NCBI GenBank assembly: GCA_028826165.1
Contig: JAPDFW010000022.1
Coordinates: forward strand, 248,001-312,000
DNA: 64,000 nucleotides
Direction: 5' to 3'
DNA from: Anaeramoeba ignava BMAN
Taxonomy: Eukaryota > Protista > Anaeramoebae
Numbering within the stretch: position 1 is the first letter of the stretch; every line of letters starts with the position of its first letter. This document shows, in pieces, positions 62,547-64,000 of this stretch. Below the pieces are notes generated by a model. The model searched no databases. It was not told the DNA's origin and saw only the letters and a list, made by a program, of their open reading frames with translations. Made by a program: the position numbers and the translations under genes.

Positions 62547-64000
62547 TTAATTATTTCTTCGAATAATAAATATATCTGTGTTGTTTCTCTGAAATTGGTT
62601 TGTTATGCCGTCCATATTTTCCTGATATTCCTGTTGTAAATTTTCTGATAAGTTTTTTAGAATGGAGTTAAAGTTTTTTAGAATGGAGTTAAAGTTTTTT
62701 AGAAGATTGTTTCTTGATGCTTCTTGTAAATTTGGTAAATTGTTGACAAATATTCTTAGAATATATTCTCGTGATTGTTCTTGTAAATTAAGTAGAAATA
62801 TGGCAAGTTTCTCTTCGCGATTTTGTTTTTGTTCTTGTTCTCTTTGTAAATCTGAAATAAATTTAAGCACTTTGTTGACAAAATCTGTTTCTAAATCCTC
62901 TAGAAGGTATTTAAAATTTTGTTCTGAATTAAGTAGAGATTTGGAAACTGTTTTTTGGCGAATTTTTTCACATTCCTGTAAATACTTTTGAAAACTTATA
63001 ACTTTATTTTGGAGATTTTGATTGGGTTTAGTCCATTTAATGTATTTGAGATAAGTTAAAGCTTCTGTATATTGAGAATCTAAATAACATTCTCTTGCAA
63101 TACAATAAAGATATTTTGGTTTTGGATTCGAAGAATGTGCTAACAAGAATTTCTGAACAGCTTTGGAATGAAGGTTTTTCAAATGATAAAAGACTCCCCA
63201 ATAATAGTGATAGTTTGAAGTAAATGATTCATCTGGAATCAACCCCAAATTTTTTTCCATTTCATTCAATTTGTTTTGAATATCTTGACGAGGATTTGCT
63301 CTCAAAAGTTGTTTGATTTGTGAGTAAATGTTTTGAACAGAAAGAATTTGAGTTTTATATTGATAAAGTTTTATGATGGATTTCTGTTGTATAACTTGTA
63401 ATTTCAATAAATTCTCTTTAAATAAAAGTTGAATTATCTGGTTTTCTCTGAGTTGTTTTCTCAAATTTTGCCACTCGTTAGTTTGGTTTAATTTTTGAAA
63501 ATTTTGTGCAAGTGCAAATTTGGTTTCTGTTATGGATTCATAATCTGGTATAAAATTGTTCGATTGTTCGAGTTCATTCAGTCTTGGTTTATCTTCCTCG
63601 ATTTCGTTGTTCAATTCCTCCAATTCTTTTGAAACTAAATCAAATTCTTTGTTTCTAATTAAGAACTTGATCTTGAGAATAAGAAAATCTTTTCTTGTTG
63701 GATGAAAAACAGAAGAATCAACTAATCCTGTTTGTGAATTTCTTGAAATATTGCTATCATTGATGAGAGATAACACTTCGTTAATTGGTTCCATGTTATT
63801 TGATTTTGTTTTATAGTAAATTTTTGCAAGTTGAAACCTCAGAAAAAAATTTTTTGATTCTTTTTTAATAATTTTTTTTGCTTCTTGAGATCTTCCTAAA
63901 CCAACCAAAGCCTTAATTTGATACAATATATGCAAAGGTTTAATCTGTTCAAGTTGATGTGGTTCGAGAGTGCAATTATTGATTTCTTTCAAACATTCAT
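62547..64000 (-). CDS. Helical-repeat (TPR-like) protein, 5' end beyond the window
   Basis: Open frame to the window edge; TPR-like patterns (YYWGVFYHL...SKAVQKFLLA....P; LYCIA..CY....YTEAL.YL). Confidence 0.65.
   Translation of the reverse strand, partial: ECLKEINNCTLEPHQLEQIKPLHILYQIKALVGLGRSQEAKKIIKKESKNFFLRFQLAKIYYKTKSNNMEPINEVLSLINDSNISRNSQTGLVDSSVFHPTRKDFLILKIKFLIRNKEFDLVSKELEELNNEIEEDKPRLNELEQSNNFIPDYESITETKFALAQNFQKLNQTNEWQNLRKQLRENQIIQLLFKENLLKLQVIQQKSIIKLYQYKTQILSVQNIYSQIKQLLRANPRQDIQNKLNEMEKNLGLIPDESFTSNYHYYWGVFYHLKNLHSKAVQKFLLAHSSNPKPKYLYCIARECYLDSQYTEALTYLKYIKWTKPNQNLQNKVISFQKYLQECEKIRQKTVSKSLLNSEQNFKYLLEDLETDFVNKVLKFISDLQREQEQKQNREEKLAIFLLNLQEQSREYILRIFVNNLPNLQEASRNNLLKNFNSILKNFNSILKNLSENLQQEYQENMDGITNQFQRNNTDIFIIRRNN

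Noticed and set aside
1-64000. Inteins, transposases, reverse transcriptases, rRNA/tRNA/snRNA genes, or an alternative genetic code
   Set aside because: No Hint/LAGLIDADG, DDE or RT motifs and no recognisable structured RNA seen by eye; TAA and TGA end genes normally and in-frame stops are explained by introns or single frame breaks.

Overview
Extremely AT-rich, gene-dense eukaryotic (protist) genomic DNA read with the standard code, containing about 19 intron-containing or single-exon protein genes and no recognisable RNA genes, CRISPR arrays or transposons. The (NQ)n/(SK)n-rich proteins and gene set resemble the anaerobic amoeba Anaeramoeba (Metamonada); this is an inference, not a confirmed identification. 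Genes reconstructed by hand: divergent glutamate dehydrogenase (partial), PIG-Q/GPI1, HPS1, Got1, a very large Cys-rich repeat type-I membrane protein, INTS14, two tandem PH-like orphans, PEN-2, BRE/BABAM2, an ankyrin-DH-PH RhoGEF, a RING/CCCH protein, LENG1, Hop2, a RING-H2 protein, CSN8, Sec22, a SHIP-like inositol 5-phosphatase, EPG5 and a partial TPR-like protein. Many introns and intergenic regions are inflated by private 6-15 bp AT-rich tandem repeats, and there is one ~142 bp satellite array. Most notable: (i) a degenerate splice code, with donors almost never having +5G and many acceptors being A-rich AAG without a pyrimidine tract; (ii) a strand-specific, often tandemly amplified TCATTTT Inr-like motif before almost every start codon; (iii) a GDH missing substrate-binding lysines; (iv) several single-base frame breaks, some at recoding-like motifs but most simply explained as assembly indels.
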